Positions 1-10,065 are shown, counted from the stretch's first letter. The stretch: 46,960 bases of DNA from Bacilli bacterium (GCA_017542885.1 JAFXWH010000034.1:1-46960); one strand, 5' to 3'. Numbers and translations: made by a program. Notes: generated by a model not told the origin, from the letters alone.

Positions 1-265
1 CAGCGTCAGGATGGGCTGCGTCCCAAGCGGCAAAGCCATAGATGGAAATCATCATGACGATAGCGGAGCCAGTCGCGACAAGGATGTGGGTTCTTAGTCC
101 AGCCGCGTGGCCATTATATTCACGTTCCAAACCGATGATGCCGCTGAAGGCGATGGCAAGGATGATGGAAAGAAGGACAAGGCAAAGGTTACCAACCCAC
201 GCTGGGGCAGCACCGTTAAAACCGCTGTTGAACCATTCTGTGATGATTTGATCAATCGTCGTCAT
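1..265 (-). CDS. MgtC/SapB-family membrane protein, N-terminal part (gene runs off the left edge)
   Basis: Hand translation of the reverse strand from ATG 263-265 (AGGAGG 8 nt upstream) gives MTTIDQIITEWF...IIGLEREYNGHAAGLRTHILVATGSAIVMMIS. This is the GLERE...AGxRTH signature of MgtC/SapB proteins. It is absent from the ORF track because it is open-ended. Confidence 0.7.
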   Translation of the reverse strand, partial: MTTIDQIITEWFNSGFNGAAPAWVGNLCLVLLSIILAIAFSGIIGLEREYNGHAAGLRTHILVATGSAIVMMISIYGFAAWDAAHPDA

Positions 266-288
266 GCTTCTTTCCTCCTATAAGGGCA

Positions 289-1635
289 TTAGAAAATGCC
301 TTTTTCGATCATCTTCGCTCTAAGGGCGTCGCTCTTAGCGAAGTCTTTGTTGGCTTTTGCCTCATCATACTCCGCATAGAGTTTTTTGTCTTCCTCGGTG
401 AGGTGAGGAACGTTAATGGCAATGCCAAGGACTTCGCAGTATGAACGAACTTTGGCAAAGCTATCGCCTAAAGCGTTCATATCAAGAGGTCTTGTTCTAA
501 GGCACTGGTTAAGGGTCTTGTTCTCTTCGTAAAGAACCGCGAGAGCGTTTGGTGTATTTAAGTCATCGCACATCGCATCAAGGAAAGCGTCCTCGCTTGA
601 TGGCTTGAGCGTATCAATATCCACTCCGTTAAGCTGAAGGGTGACCGCACTCTTACGGAGAGACATGGTGAGTTGGTTGATCTTGGTTTGGGCTTCTTTG
701 ATGGTATCGACGCTGAAAGATGCTGGGGCTCTATAGTGGCAAGCAAGAAGCATAAGCCTAAATGCAGCGCCGCCATACTCTTTGACAACATCCTTCATGA
801 GGATGACGTTGCCAAGAGATTTGGACATCTTCTCGTTGTCGATATTGATGAAGCCGTTATGCATCCAGTAACGGGCAAGCTTGTTATGGTTATGGGCTTT
901 GGACTGGGCCATCTCATTCTCGTGATGAGGGAACTTGAGGTCGAATCCACCGCCATGGATATCGATATAACCGTCTTGGTTTCTGAAGATGGAATCAATC
1001 ATGACGCAGCATTCACTATGCCAGCCAGGTCTTCCTTCTCCCCATTTGGTTTTCCATTTGATTCCTTCTTCGGTCTTTTTCCAAAGAGCGAAATCAAGAG
1101 GATCTTCTTTCTTTGATTCGACAGCGATTCTGGCGCCTGATTCAAGGTCTTCGACAGCGTTGCCGCTTAATTCACCGTATTCAGGGATGTTCTTAACGCG
1201 AAGATAAACATCTCCATCAACTGCATATGCTTCACCTTTTTCTTCAAGTTCTTCGATGTACTTGATGATCTCAGGCATGTACACAGTTGGTTTTGGAGTC
1301 TCATCTGGTTGAAGAGCCCCTACTTCATCAACGAGTCTACGGTATTCGGCGATAACACTTTCGGTTAATTCTTTCTCAGTGATGCCAAGCTCTTTGGCTC
1401 TATTGATGATCTTGTCATCAACGTCAGTGTAATTGCTGACAAACTTAACTTCATATCCAAGATGGATGAGAAGACGACGAAGAACATCAAAAGTAACGAC
1501 TGGTCTGAAGTTACCAACGTGTGGATCGTTATAGACGGTAGGTCCGCAGCAATAGATAGAGACTTTACCTGGTACTAATGGCGTGAAGGTCTCTTTCTTC
1601 ATGCCTAAGGAGTTGAAAATCTTAAGTTCTCTCAT
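289..1635 (-). CDS. cysS: Cysteine--tRNA ligase
   Basis: 448-aa ORF with class I aaRS motifs HVGN (HIGH) and KMSKS. It has a CysRS-typical N-terminus (YCCGPTVYNDPHVGN) and WHSECC. Confidence 0.95.
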   Translation of the reverse strand: MRELKIFNSLGMKKETFTPLVPGKVSIYCCGPTVYNDPHVGNFRPVVTFDVLRRLLIHLGYEVKFVSNYTDVDDKIINRAKELGITEKELTESVIAEYRRLVDEVGALQPDETPKPTVYMPEIIKYIEELEEKGEAYAVDGDVYLRVKNIPEYGELSGNAVEDLESGARIAVESKKEDPLDFALWKKTEEGIKWKTKWGEGRPGWHSECCVMIDSIFRNQDGYIDIHGGGFDLKFPHHENEMAQSKAHNHNKLARYWMHNGFINIDNEKMSKSLGNVILMKDVVKEYGGAAFRLMLLACHYRAPASFSVDTIKEAQTKINQLTMSLRKSAVTLQLNGVDIDTLKPSSEDAFLDAMCDDLNTPNALAVLYEENKTLNQCLRTRPLDMNALGDSFAKVRSYCEVLGIAINVPHLTEEDKKLYAEYDEAKANKDFAKSDALRAKMIEKGIF

Positions 1636-1703
1636 AACGGATATAGTTTACTCTCGTGAATGAGAGTAAGCCACAAAAGAGATAAGCGACAGAACAACAT
1701 GCT

Positions 1704-4700
1704 TTATTTCTCTGGTCTCATATACCCTTCAATGGCAGCTATTTGGGCATCGTCAACCATTTCCTGGCCAAGTTCAAATATTTCGTAACCTTTACTGTCT
1801 TTTGTCTTTTTGAGAATTTCGAAATCGATAAGCGCTTTTAGAAGCAAATAGACATAGCTATTGGACTTTTCTTTCAACATCCCAAAACTTTCGTTTTCAT
1901 TTAACTTAAATGAAGTGATAGCCTTGTTCTCTTCGCCTTTAACAAACTTTGACAACGCTGTGTAAGTGAAGCGGTATATAGACCTTTTGTAGATTGAAGA
2001 TATGGAGGAAAGAAGAAGGTTTACATCATGTTTGACTTCACTATTCCTGACGCGCCCTTTTTCATCTTTCAGCATTCTTGTCTTGTCTTGTGTGAAGGTT
2101 GTTGGATCCATCATAAAATTACAGCCGCTTCCGTCAGGTTTGTAATTCGTGCAGCCAAGCATCCTCGCACTACTATTGGCACGTCTGTTTTTAATAGGTT
2201 TGACAACCAAATAACCGTCATGGCAATCAGGGCACTTTGAAATGGATAGATTGTAGAAATTGCCATTCAAATCGTTAGTTAAGAAACCACACACTTCAGG
2301 GTCGTTTGAGCAAATCCAGAGGCGTTTTACCGAGGATTTTAGTTTTAACTTAGTCTCTCTAAGCTGGAGAGGATAGCCACAAATTGGGCACGAATGTTTC
2401 CTGTCATTCCATTCATTTGGCGACAGTTCAACGCCACGAAGTGTGACGCTAGTAAACTTGTCTTTGATTTCAGTAATGAATTTGGATGGTCTATTTTGCG
2501 GCGTGATGATGTAAACCCTATTCTTGGTTCTGGTAAGAGCTACGTAGAATAGGCGTCTCTCTTCCTCAAAGTCTAGGGTCTCGTCATCTTTCACAACCAG
2601 CTTCATCACAGGGTCATCTTCAATCTTGGATGGGAATCCCAAAATATCGTCTTTGCCATTAATGATGATAACGTTGTCTCGCCCAAGACCTTTCGATGCA
2701 TGGGCAGTCATGAAAGAAAGGTCTAATTTTGGGTATTTGTTGCAGATAAGGCGGTTGCCGTCCCAAGTGAACAAATCCTCAAGTTTCGCTAGATTTTTAC
2801 CATCGAAATTGTATCTTCCAATTAGCAAAACACTCTTATCCTCGCCGCATTGTGTAACAATGTCATCGATCGCTTTGACAACGGCTTCACCCATTCGATA
2901 GAAAGGTCCTTTTTGATTGTCATCTTTTTCATAGGAGTCATCGTAGCTCATCAAGATAACAGGGTCTTTTATTGATTTTTCTGAATGGAGATCTTTCTTA
3001 ATTTGCTTTTGGTTTTCCATTACAAAACCACCAGCGATATCAATAAGCTCCTGGGAGTTTCTGTATGTCTTTGTGATTTTAAGGACGTCCGCATAACCCA
3101 TCTTCTCGGAGAATTTAGTGAAAAGATCGATTTGAGCTCCGGCGAAACGGAAAATCGATTGCCAGTCATCGCCCACCGCTACAATCTTGGCCTTACTGGC
3201 CTTCGAAAGTTTCTCACAAAGGTCAAAACGCTGAAGCGAAATATCCTGATACTCATCTACAAGAATGTAGTCGTAAGGGAGAAGGTCATGATCAGCAATT
3301 TTCTTGTCTAAAACATTAACGGCATTGTTAATCATGTCCTCGAAATCGATAGCCTTTGCCTCCATGCGTCTAGCCTCGTAGATGTGGAAGCATTGCTTTG
3401 CGATCTCAAGGAATAACTTTGTCCTCTCGTTCTTTATAGCGATCTGCCATTCATCGAATTTGGTGTTTATGTCGTAGTTGCAGACTTTGAAGCGATTAAT
3501 GAAATTGCAGACCAACTGGATGAGTTTGTTGAAATACTTTTCTTGGGCGCTTTCTGCGAGCCTTTTGTATATCTCGGCATTACTTCTCGTAGTGCCTTCA
3601 ACACCAACGCTCTTTAGTTTTTCCTCAAGATGGACAATCAAGTCACGATTGTCTTTGTATTTGGAGAATGTATAGATGAGTTTCGTCCCGTGTTGACGAT
3701 GGAGTAGAACTTTATCGTTAATGTGCTTTTTGTATTCGGCAGTTTCTTTAGCGTTGAATCGATTGTTGATTCCTTCTTCCGAAAGACCAAAGTGTTCAAG
3801 GTAGATGTCCTGCCCGTTGTAATGGATTAAGAAATCAGGGCAATAAGGTTTCGTAGTGTCTTTAAAAGCATACGGGTAGACCGGTTCATACTCGTAATCA
3901 ATGCCGTGAATAAAAAGCCAGTTAGCGATACGACATTCATCTGCACTCCTGACCCTCTCGTCATTAATAGTGACTTTTCTAACTGTTTGATCTTTGCGGT
4001 AATTGTCTAAAGCCGTGGTCAAATCTGACCTCATGGTAATGTTGTCGTTGGCCGATAAGGTTTTGAAAAGAATTACTGCGTTTTCTGCTTCGAAAGGCAT
4101 ATTTAGGTATGAAGCGAAGAAGAGCAAAACTTTCTTGATGAACCATTCGTCGTCTAGCTTCGATACGAGGTAATCTTCAATCACTTTATACATGAAGCCC
4201 TGATCGACAACTATTCTTCTTTGGGCTTCGTTTTCATTGATGATGGTATTACCAACAGAGTGGAATGTGGATATGTGAGCCGGAATGCCCAGCTTTCCAA
4301 AACGATCCTGAAGTTCTTGGGTAGCTTTCCTTGTGAAAGAAACAATAAGAATGCGATCTGGATCGACGCCTTTCTTATCTACCAAATACTTAACCTTGGC
4401 TTCAATGGTCGTTGTTTTGCCTGCGCCAGCACCAGCAATAACGAGTGTGTAATCCTCGTCGGACAAGACAACTCGACGCTGCTCGTCATCTAAAAGAATG
4501 TTCGGATCATCTTTTTCAAGAATATGGTCAAGGTATTCCTTATCCTCTTTGAGATGGCGTTTTATATATGATTCGTTATGGCTTTTTACTCTCTTCTCTG
4601 TGTCCTTGAAATCAGACATGAGTTTTAGAAGCTTTTTGTAATCGGTTTTATTCCTCTTGCACCAATCAACAAGAACCCCTTTTTGCTCCATAAGGGAAAG

Positions 4701-4850
4701 CTCGTCAAAGGTTGGCTTAAGGTCGTCCTTTTGTGCAGAAAAAGTTTTCTTTGAAAGGAAGTCGTCTTCTAAAAGAAGTTTTTCCACGAAAGCGGAGAAA
4801 CCCTCTAAAGATTGATATTCAGAAGCTTCGTTTTTAGTGAATAAGCCCAT
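1704..4850 (-). CDS. SF1 UvrD/Rep/helicase IV-like DNA helicase with a nuclease-like insert, two topoisomerase-type zinc ribbons and a winged-helix-like C-terminus
   Basis: 1048-aa ORF with Walker A AGAGAGKTTT, DEYQD, TYRNS and VALTRTK helicase motifs. The insert reads RIANWLFIHGIDYEYEPVYPY..YCPDFLI..IYLEHFG. The zinc ribbons are CPICG..CSNDPEVCGF and CPDC..GCTNYKPDGSGCNF. Confidence 0.8.
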   Translation of the reverse strand: MGLFTKNEASEYQSLEGFSAFVEKLLLEDDFLSKKTFSAQKDDLKPTFDELSLMEQKGVLVDWCKRNKTDYKKLLKLMSDFKDTEKRVKSHNESYIKRHLKEDKEYLDHILEKDDPNILLDDEQRRVVLSDEDYTLVIAGAGAGKTTTIEAKVKYLVDKKGVDPDRILIVSFTRKATQELQDRFGKLGIPAHISTFHSVGNTIINENEAQRRIVVDQGFMYKVIEDYLVSKLDDEWFIKKVLLFFASYLNMPFEAENAVILFKTLSANDNITMRSDLTTALDNYRKDQTVRKVTINDERVRSADECRIANWLFIHGIDYEYEPVYPYAFKDTTKPYCPDFLIHYNGQDIYLEHFGLSEEGINNRFNAKETAEYKKHINDKVLLHRQHGTKLIYTFSKYKDNRDLIVHLEEKLKSVGVEGTTRSNAEIYKRLAESAQEKYFNKLIQLVCNFINRFKVCNYDINTKFDEWQIAIKNERTKLFLEIAKQCFHIYEARRMEAKAIDFEDMINNAVNVLDKKIADHDLLPYDYILVDEYQDISLQRFDLCEKLSKASKAKIVAVGDDWQSIFRFAGAQIDLFTKFSEKMGYADVLKITKTYRNSQELIDIAGGFVMENQKQIKKDLHSEKSIKDPVILMSYDDSYEKDDNQKGPFYRMGEAVVKAIDDIVTQCGEDKSVLLIGRYNFDGKNLAKLEDLFTWDGNRLICNKYPKLDLSFMTAHASKGLGRDNVIIINGKDDILGFPSKIEDDPVMKLVVKDDETLDFEEERRLFYVALTRTKNRVYIITPQNRPSKFITEIKDKFTSVTLRGVELSPNEWNDRKHSCPICGYPLQLRETKLKLKSSVKRLWICSNDPEVCGFLTNDLNGNFYNLSISKCPDCHDGYLVVKPIKNRRANSSARMLGCTNYKPDGSGCNFMMDPTTFTQDKTRMLKDEKGRVRNSEVKHDVNLLLSSISSIYKRSIYRFTYTALSKFVKGEENKAITSFKLNENESFGMLKEKSNSYVYLLLKALIDFEILKKTKDSKGYEIFELGQEMVDDAQIAAIEGYMRPEK

Positions 4851-5011
4851 TTGGAAATATGCGGCGAATTGAATTACTTCAATTATCCCTCGTTTGTTCG
4901 AACACCATTATATAGTTTTGGAAGGGCGTTTTTCAGTTGTTTTATAAAACAATCTCCTTTGTTTGAGGAGGCTTAATTAATGAAAAAATGGCTGATTTGT
5001 AGGCAAATAAA

Positions 5012-5043
5012 TCAAAAAATCCACTGCAAATCTGCGGTGGATT
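5012..5043 (-). terminator. Rho-independent terminator after the 291-aa membrane protein gene
   Basis: On the minus-strand RNA the stem is AATCCACCGCA-GATT-TGCAGTGGATT (one G.U), followed by TTTTTGATTT. It begins at the stop codon. Confidence 0.7.
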
Positions 5044-5918
5044 TATTTTTTGTACTGCCTGTAAATGATTCCGTAATATACGATTGCAGCAATCCTAAGA
5101 ACGTTGTCAAACGGATATACGAACATCGCCCAGTAGAACTCACGATAGACAAGAGGGTCAAGCTTCTGATTGTAGAAGTAAACCATCATGAGGGTGAATA
5201 TGACAAACAACACGGTTGTGATGATCGAAGCGACAAGACCAAAGACAGGACCTTTGATCTTTTCATCAGCGAACATCTTAAGGAAGAATGGAGCGGCGAT
5301 CATGATGACGTCGACACCAATGCAGATGAAGTTGGTGACAAGGCCATATGTGTTGTTATTTCTAGCAAGGACGGTCCACATCATCATGTGATTGACTAAA
5401 CCGATCAATCCAAGGATGGTGAGGTAGATAAGCATCTGAGCGTGGCCTTGGATCAATTCTTCAAAATCTCTGAACTTAGGGACTCTCGAAAGGATATTCA
5501 CACCCATGACGAGATAGATGACGATCATGGTGACAATACGGAGAGCGAACTCAAAGGTTCCCCTCTCACCCTGCCAGTTGATGATATAGATGAGTGAGCA
5601 GGTAAATACCCAAAGCCACTCCAAAGAGGCAGCAGAGAGACCAATGATATCGACTAGGCGGCGTTTCTCTTTCCTATCGAAGGAGAAAGAAAGACCATAG
5701 TCGAGAATGAGAATAAGAGCAAAGCCCCCTGCCATGAAGGAAGTCTGTCCGATGATGTTCTTCTCGAACTCTCTTCCCATGACATCCGCCATATATTCTT
5801 TGTTGCCATAGCAAATCGAGAAGACGATCATGGCTAAGAAGAAGGCAGTCGCCAAAACGATCCCATATGGGAGAGCGTATTTGTTCTCTTGGTATGTCTT
5901 CTTACCGAATAGACTCAT
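5043..5918 (-). CDS. Polytopic membrane protein, family not recognised
   Basis: 291-aa ORF with about 8 hydrophobic segments. It overlaps the upstream HAD gene by 4 nt, which suggests translational coupling. Confidence 0.6.
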   Translation of the reverse strand: MSLFGKKTYQENKYALPYGIVLATAFFLAMIVFSICYGNKEYMADVMGREFEKNIIGQTSFMAGGFALILILDYGLSFSFDRKEKRRLVDIIGLSAASLEWLWVFTCSLIYIINWQGERGTFEFALRIVTMIVIYLVMGVNILSRVPKFRDFEELIQGHAQMLIYLTILGLIGLVNHMMMWTVLARNNNTYGLVTNFICIGVDVIMIAAPFFLKMFADEKIKGPVFGLVASIITTVLFVIFTLMMVYFYNQKLDPLVYREFYWAMFVYPFDNVLRIAAIVYYGIIYRQYKK

Positions 5919-6574
5919 TTAGCTAGGTTAAGGAGCTCCTTAGGCTCTTTGATATTATAATCACTCTTCGCGATGAATTCGCTCGTGTAATTTCCATATC
6001 CATAGACGCAAAGGCAGAAAGCAAGCCCTCCGTTTCTTGCGGTGTTGTAATCAGTCATAGAATCCCCGACGAAAAGGGTCTCTTTTGGATCAAGGTGGTA
6101 TCCGTTCATGATGACATCAACGTTATGCTTGTCTGGTTTAGGCGCTTCCCCTTCTTTTAGTCCTTTGATGAAGTCGAAGGTGTTAGGGCCAAAAATGTTA
6201 TCAAGGACCTCTAAAGCGAGGTGATTCGGTTTGTTCGTGCAGACATAAAGTCCACAACCCTTGTTTTTGAGGCTAGAAAGGGTCTCCTTGCATCCTTTCA
6301 TCGCTTTGGTGGTCTTTGTCTGGTATTCCTGATAAAGAGGCATGAAGACCCGTTTTATCGCTTCAAAGTTCTCAGGTGTGTCTTTATCCTTCAAAGCGCG
6401 ATGCATTAAGTTAGCGACACCATCGCCAATGAGCTTCTTCCCTGATTCGATGTCATAGACATAATCGAACCCGCATTCTTTGAGAGCGGCGTTAATCGCC
6501 GTAACGATATCTGGCAAGGTCTCGAGGAGGGTACCGTCGAGATCGAAAATGAAATTCTTATACATACGGCACAT
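5915..6574 (-). CDS. HAD-superfamily phosphatase (phosphoglycolate phosphatase/PpaX-like)
   Basis: HAD motifs are present: FDLDGTL (I), VCTNKP (II) and VGDSMTDYNTA (IV). The true start may be the ATG at 6563-6565 (MYKNFIFDLDGTL), because a TATAAT box abuts the first ATG. Confidence 0.85.
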   Translation of the reverse strand: MCRMYKNFIFDLDGTLLETLPDIVTAINAALKECGFDYVYDIESGKKLIGDGVANLMHRALKDKDTPENFEAIKRVFMPLYQEYQTKTTKAMKGCKETLSSLKNKGCGLYVCTNKPNHLALEVLDNIFGPNTFDFIKGLKEGEAPKPDKHNVDVIMNGYHLDPKETLFVGDSMTDYNTARNGGLAFCLCVYGYGNYTSEFIAKSDYNIKEPKELLNLAK

Positions 6575-6580
6575 ATTATA

Positions 6581-6610
6581 AACAAAAAGCCCCTCTATAA
6601 ATAGAGAGGC
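6581..6610 (-). terminator. Rho-independent terminator closing the ribosomal supercluster (after rplQ)
   Basis: On the minus-strand RNA the stem is GCCTCTCTAT-TT-ATAGAGGGGC (10 bp, one G.U), followed by TTTTTGTTTAT. Confidence 0.85.
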
Positions 6611-6628
6611 TTAGTTGTTGCTTATCGC

Positions 6629-7030
6629 TTAGTCAACCCACTGGACGAGTTCAACTTCGGCATTGTCGCCACGACGGGCGCCAAGCTTGTAGACACGGGT
6701 GTAACCACCGTTTCTGTCTTTGAACTTTGGTCCGAGTTCTTTGAAAAGCTTATCGATGGCCTCGACGCCGTTAGCATCGACGATGCCTGGGCGGATGACC
6801 TTCATGGCTTCACGACGGCCAGCGAGATCGCCCTGTTTGGCGAATGTGACCATCTTTTCGGCGAGAGTGACAAGCTCTGGGGTAACTCCGCTGGTGACCT
6901 TGACCTGGCCGTGGACGATGAGCTCGCTCACGACATTGCGAAGCATTGATTTGTTTTTAGAGGCGGTATAACCGGCTCTGAAGCGAACACCGGCTTTGCC
7001 GTGGACGTTCTTTCTACCTTGTGCTGGCAT
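6629..7030 (-). CDS. rplQ: 50S ribosomal protein bL17
   Basis: 133-aa ORF in the conserved position after rpoA, with the MLRNVVSELIVHG core. The N-terminus is about 14 aa longer than usual. Confidence 0.93.
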   Translation of the reverse strand: MPAQGRKNVHGKAGVRFRAGYTASKNKSMLRNVVSELIVHGQVKVTSGVTPELVTLAEKMVTFAKQGDLAGRREAMKVIRPGIVDANGVEAIDKLFKELGPKFKDRNGGYTRVYKLGARRGDNAEVELVQWVD

Positions 7031-7032
7031 TG

Positions 7033-8040
7033 TTATTCTCCTACGTAATCACGGAAGTGAAGCCCATAAGTGGCGAGCTTCTCTTTGACTTCTTTGAGCG
7101 ACTTCTTGCCAAGGTTACGGACTTTCATCATCTCATCCTCGCTCTTCTGAGTGAGTTCCATGACGGTGCTGATGCCCGCACGCTTAAGGCAGTTGTTGCT
7201 TCTGACACTGAGATCGAGTTCTTCGATCATCATGCCCTGATATTTGTTTTCCTCCGGTTTGACTTCCTCTTTGACGAGACGGTAGTTCTTAACCGCTTCA
7301 TCAAGGTGGGTGAACTTATCGAAGTGGGCCGCAAGAAGCTGGGCGGCCATGGCAACGGCCTCATGAGGTTTGATGGAACCGTTGGTGGTGACCTCAAGGG
7401 TCAATTTGTCGAACTTGGAATCGTGCTCAACACGGGTTGGCTCGACGTTGAAGGCGACTTTGATGACAGGCGAGTAGTTGCTGTCGGTTGGGATGACGCC
7501 GATGGTGTCGATCTTGCGTTCAAGCTTGTTGCCTTCGCTAGTGATATAGCCACGGCCCTGGCCGACGAAGATGGACATCTCGAGGTGGCCTTCGCTATTG
7601 AGGTGGGCAATCTCTAAGTCTTTGTTGACGACGCTCACCATGCTTGGGAGCTTGAGATCGCCAGCCTTAAGGACGCCTGGGCCCTTGAAATCGACGGTAA
7701 GGGTCTTGACATCATTGGTGGTGCTATCGACCTTGAGGACGAGGTCCTTGAGGTTGAGGATGATGGCGGTCACATCTTCTTCAACGCCTGGGATGGCGGT
7801 GAATTCATGACGGACGCCTTCAATCTGAACCGCGAAGACGCTGGCTCCTGGAAGGGCGCTTAGCAAGACACGGCGAAGGGAGTTGCCGATGGTGAGGCCG
7901 AATCCTCTTTCGAGAGGTTCAACCACGAAACGGGCGTAGTGCTCGTTCTCATCGTTGACATCGATCTTGAGATCGAATGGTTGGAAAGGGTTAGGAAGAC
8001 GAATTTCTTCCGCTTTGACGTCATTGGTTTGGTTAGCCAT
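7033..8040 (-). CDS. rpoA: DNA-directed RNA polymerase subunit alpha
   Basis: 335-aa ORF with VEPLERGFGLTIGNSLRRVLLS in the N-terminal domain and a C-terminal domain containing LSVRSNNCLKRAGI. Confidence 0.97.
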   Translation of the reverse strand: MANQTNDVKAEEIRLPNPFQPFDLKIDVNDENEHYARFVVEPLERGFGLTIGNSLRRVLLSALPGASVFAVQIEGVRHEFTAIPGVEEDVTAIILNLKDLVLKVDSTTNDVKTLTVDFKGPGVLKAGDLKLPSMVSVVNKDLEIAHLNSEGHLEMSIFVGQGRGYITSEGNKLERKIDTIGVIPTDSNYSPVIKVAFNVEPTRVEHDSKFDKLTLEVTTNGSIKPHEAVAMAAQLLAAHFDKFTHLDEAVKNYRLVKEEVKPEENKYQGMMIEELDLSVRSNNCLKRAGISTVMELTQKSEDEMMKVRNLGKKSLKEVKEKLATYGLHFRDYVGE

Positions 8041-8090
8041 TAATTAATTTCCTCCTATTAGTCTTTCCTTACATCAGTTTCTGTAAGGGA

Positions 8091-8498
8091 TTAGCCACGC
8101 GGCCTCTTTGGAGGACGGCAACCATTGTGAGGGATTGGAGTGGTATCGACAATTGATAAGACCTGAAGACCAACGTTCGCTAAAGCGCGGACGGCGCTCT
8201 CACGGCCTGGGCCTGGGCCCTTGACGTCGACATCGACCTGACGGAGGCCCTGATCATAGGCGCTCTTGCCAGCGGCTTCGGAAGCGAGCTGAGAGGCGAA
8301 TGGAGTGGCCTTCTTGGCACCCTTGTAACCAAGAGCACCGGAGCTGGACCAGGCGATGACATTGCCTTTTTCGTCGGTAACGGTGACGATGGTGTTGTTG
8401 AAGGTGGCGTGAATGTGGACGACACCTTTGGTAAACGTGCGCTTAACTTTTTTCTTGCGAGCGCTAGTCTTTTTGGACTTTTTCTTAGCTTCTGCCAT
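8091..8498 (-). CDS. rpsK: 30S ribosomal protein uS11
   Basis: 135-aa ORF with [18 protein letters not shown] and a C-terminal [11 protein letters not shown]. Confidence 0.97.
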   Translation of the reverse strand: MAEAKKKSKKTSARKKKVKRTFTKGVVHIHATFNNTIVTVTDEKGNVIAWSSSGALGYKGAKKATPFASQLASEAAGKSAYDQGLRQVDVDVKGPGPGRESAVRALANVGLQVLSIVDTTPIPHNGCRPPKRPRG

Positions 8499-8516
8499 TT
8501 ACGTGTCCTCCTTTCA

Positions 8517-8891
8517 TTACTTAGTAGCCTGCTTCTTGTTGGCGATGGTCTTTCTCTTACCTTTGCGGGTACGGGCATTGGTCTTGGTGTTCTGACCTCT
8601 GACTGGAAGACCTTTTCTGTGACGGACGCCACGGTAGCAGTTGATTTCGGTGAGGCGCTTGATGTTCATAGCGATCTCACGGCGAAGGTCGCCTTCGGTG
8701 TGATGCTTGGCGACTTCGGTTCTGAGGGCGACGAGCTGTTCATCAGTTAAGTCTTTGACTCTGATGTCCTCGCTGACGCCGGCAGCTTTGCAAATTTCTG
8801 ACGCGGTTGTGTCACCGATACCATAGATGTAGGTAAGGGCGATAACAACGCGTTTCTCGGATGGGATATCCACCCCGACGATACGTGCCAT
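8517..8891 (-). CDS. rpsM: 30S ribosomal protein uS13
   Basis: 124-aa ORF starting [10 protein letters not shown]..., with [15 protein letters not shown]. Confidence 0.97.
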   Translation of the reverse strand: MARIVGVDIPSEKRVVIALTYIYGIGDTTASEICKAAGVSEDIRVKDLTDEQLVALRTEVAKHHTEGDLRREIAMNIKRLTEINCYRGVRHRKGLPVRGQNTKTNARTRKGKRKTIANKKQATK

Positions 8892-8910
8892 ATTCTTTTA
8901 ATCTCCTTAA

Positions 8911-9024
8911 TTAGCCTTGTCTCTGCTTGTGCTTAGGATTTTGGCAGATGCACATGACCACGCCATGACGGCGGATGATTTTGCACTTATCGCAGATCGG
9001 TTTGACGGATGGTCTGACTTTCAT
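8911..9024 (-). CDS. rpmJ: 50S ribosomal protein bL36 (zinc-binding type)
   Basis: Not in the ORF track. Hand translation gives [37 protein letters not shown], 37 aa, in the canonical slot between infA and rpsM. Confidence 0.93.
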   Translation of the reverse strand: MKVRPSVKPICDKCKIIRRHGVVMCICQNPKHKQRQG

Positions 9025-9071
9025 AAGTTTCTCCTAATGCTTTTTTTTGGTTTTTACTAGCTTCTGTTGAG

Positions 9072-9293
9072 TTAGTTTTTGTAACGGAAAGTGATGCGGC
9101 CGCGTGTTAAATCATATGGCGAGAACTGAACGGTGACTCGATCACCGGGAAGAATACGAATGTAGTGCATTCTGATTTTTCCCGAAACGCTAGCCAGAAC
9201 CACCGCTCCATTGGCGAGTTTGACTCTGAAGGTAGTGTTTGGAAGGTTTTCCAAGACTGTGGCTTCAACTTCAATGCAATCTTCTTTACTCAA
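9072..9293 (-). CDS. infA: Translation initiation factor IF-1
   Basis: S1-fold IF-1 sequence [26 protein letters not shown] place the start at TTG 9291-9293, 8 nt after AGGAGG, which gives 73 aa. The ORF-track GVG-type extension to 9317 would overlap the SD. Confidence 0.9.
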   Translation of the reverse strand: MSKEDCIEVEATVLENLPNTTFRVKLANGAVVLASVSGKIRMHYIRILPGDRVTVQFSPYDLTRGRITFRYKN

Positions 9294-9306
9294 ATGAAGA
9301 TACCTC

Positions 9307-10065
9307 CTACTTCTCACTATGAAGGGTTAATACTTCATAGCCATCCTTGGTGACAAGGACGGTGTTCTCGTAATGTGCGTTGAGCTTACCGTCTTTTGAG
9401 ACAGCGCTCCAACCATCGCCTAGAACCCTTATCGCCGGTTTTCCAGCCATTACCATCGGCTCGATGGCAAGGGTCATTCCCGCTTTGAGGATCGGACCGG
9501 TTCCGGCCTTTCCGTAGTTCGGGATGTAAGGGTCTTCGTGCATTTCGTGACCTATTCCATGTCCGGTGTACTCTCTGACGACTGAGTATCCGTTGCTCTC
9601 AGCGGTCTTTTGAATAGCCTCTTGGATATCTCCTAGGTGCACGCCCTCTTTGATGAGGCTCACGCCGTTCCAGAAGCACTGTTCGGTTACTTCTATGAGG
9701 CGAAGCGTCTCTTTGCCGCATATTCCTACTGGGTAAGTGCGGCAAGCATCTCCCATATAGCCGTTAAGAAGGGAGACAACATCAAGAGAGACAATATCCC
9801 CATCCTTGAGCACCTTCGTTTCGGAAGGCACGCCATGGACCAAGACGTTATTGACTGATGTGCAGATCTCGCCAGGGAATCCCCCATATCCTTCCTCGAC
9901 GCAGATGCCACCGGCATCCTCGATGACTTTTTTGGCCATCTTTGCGAGGTACTTGGTGGTGACGCCAGGTTGGACGAGGGGTCCGACGACTTCGAAGACT
10001 TTTGCGGTAAGCGCTCCAGCCTTCCTCATCAGCTCAATCTCACGAGGGGATTTGATGATGATCAT
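9307..10065 (-). CDS. map: Type I methionine aminopeptidase
   Basis: 252-aa ORF with the metal-ligand context VHGVP, DIVSLDV, GHGIG and LAIEPM. It sits in the conserved adk-map-infA position. Confidence 0.95.
   Translation of the reverse strand: MIIIKSPREIELMRKAGALTAKVFEVVGPLVQPGVTTKYLAKMAKKVIEDAGGICVEEGYGGFPGEICTSVNNVLVHGVPSETKVLKDGDIVSLDVVSLLNGYMGDACRTYPVGICGKETLRLIEVTEQCFWNGVSLIKEGVHLGDIQEAIQKTAESNGYSVVREYTGHGIGHEMHEDPYIPNYGKAGTGPILKAGMTLAIEPMVMAGKPAIRVLGDGWSAVSKDGKLNAHYENTVLVTKDGYEVLTLHSEK

Noticed and set aside
1636-1703. A possible T-box leader or terminator between the helicase gene and cysS (hairpin TTACTCTC-N6-GAGAGTAA at ~1650-1671).
   Set aside because: The spacer is only 68 nt, far too short for a T-box riboswitch. 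There is no T-box sequence or specifier architecture, and the hairpin lacks a U-tract. At most it is a weak attenuator.
4980-5399. The 139-aa plus-strand ORF overlapping the terminator and the 3' half of the 291-aa membrane protein gene.
   Set aside because: It runs through a clear bidirectional hairpin. It is antisense to a hydrophobic-periodic membrane ORF that is translationally coupled to the HAD gene. It has no SD.
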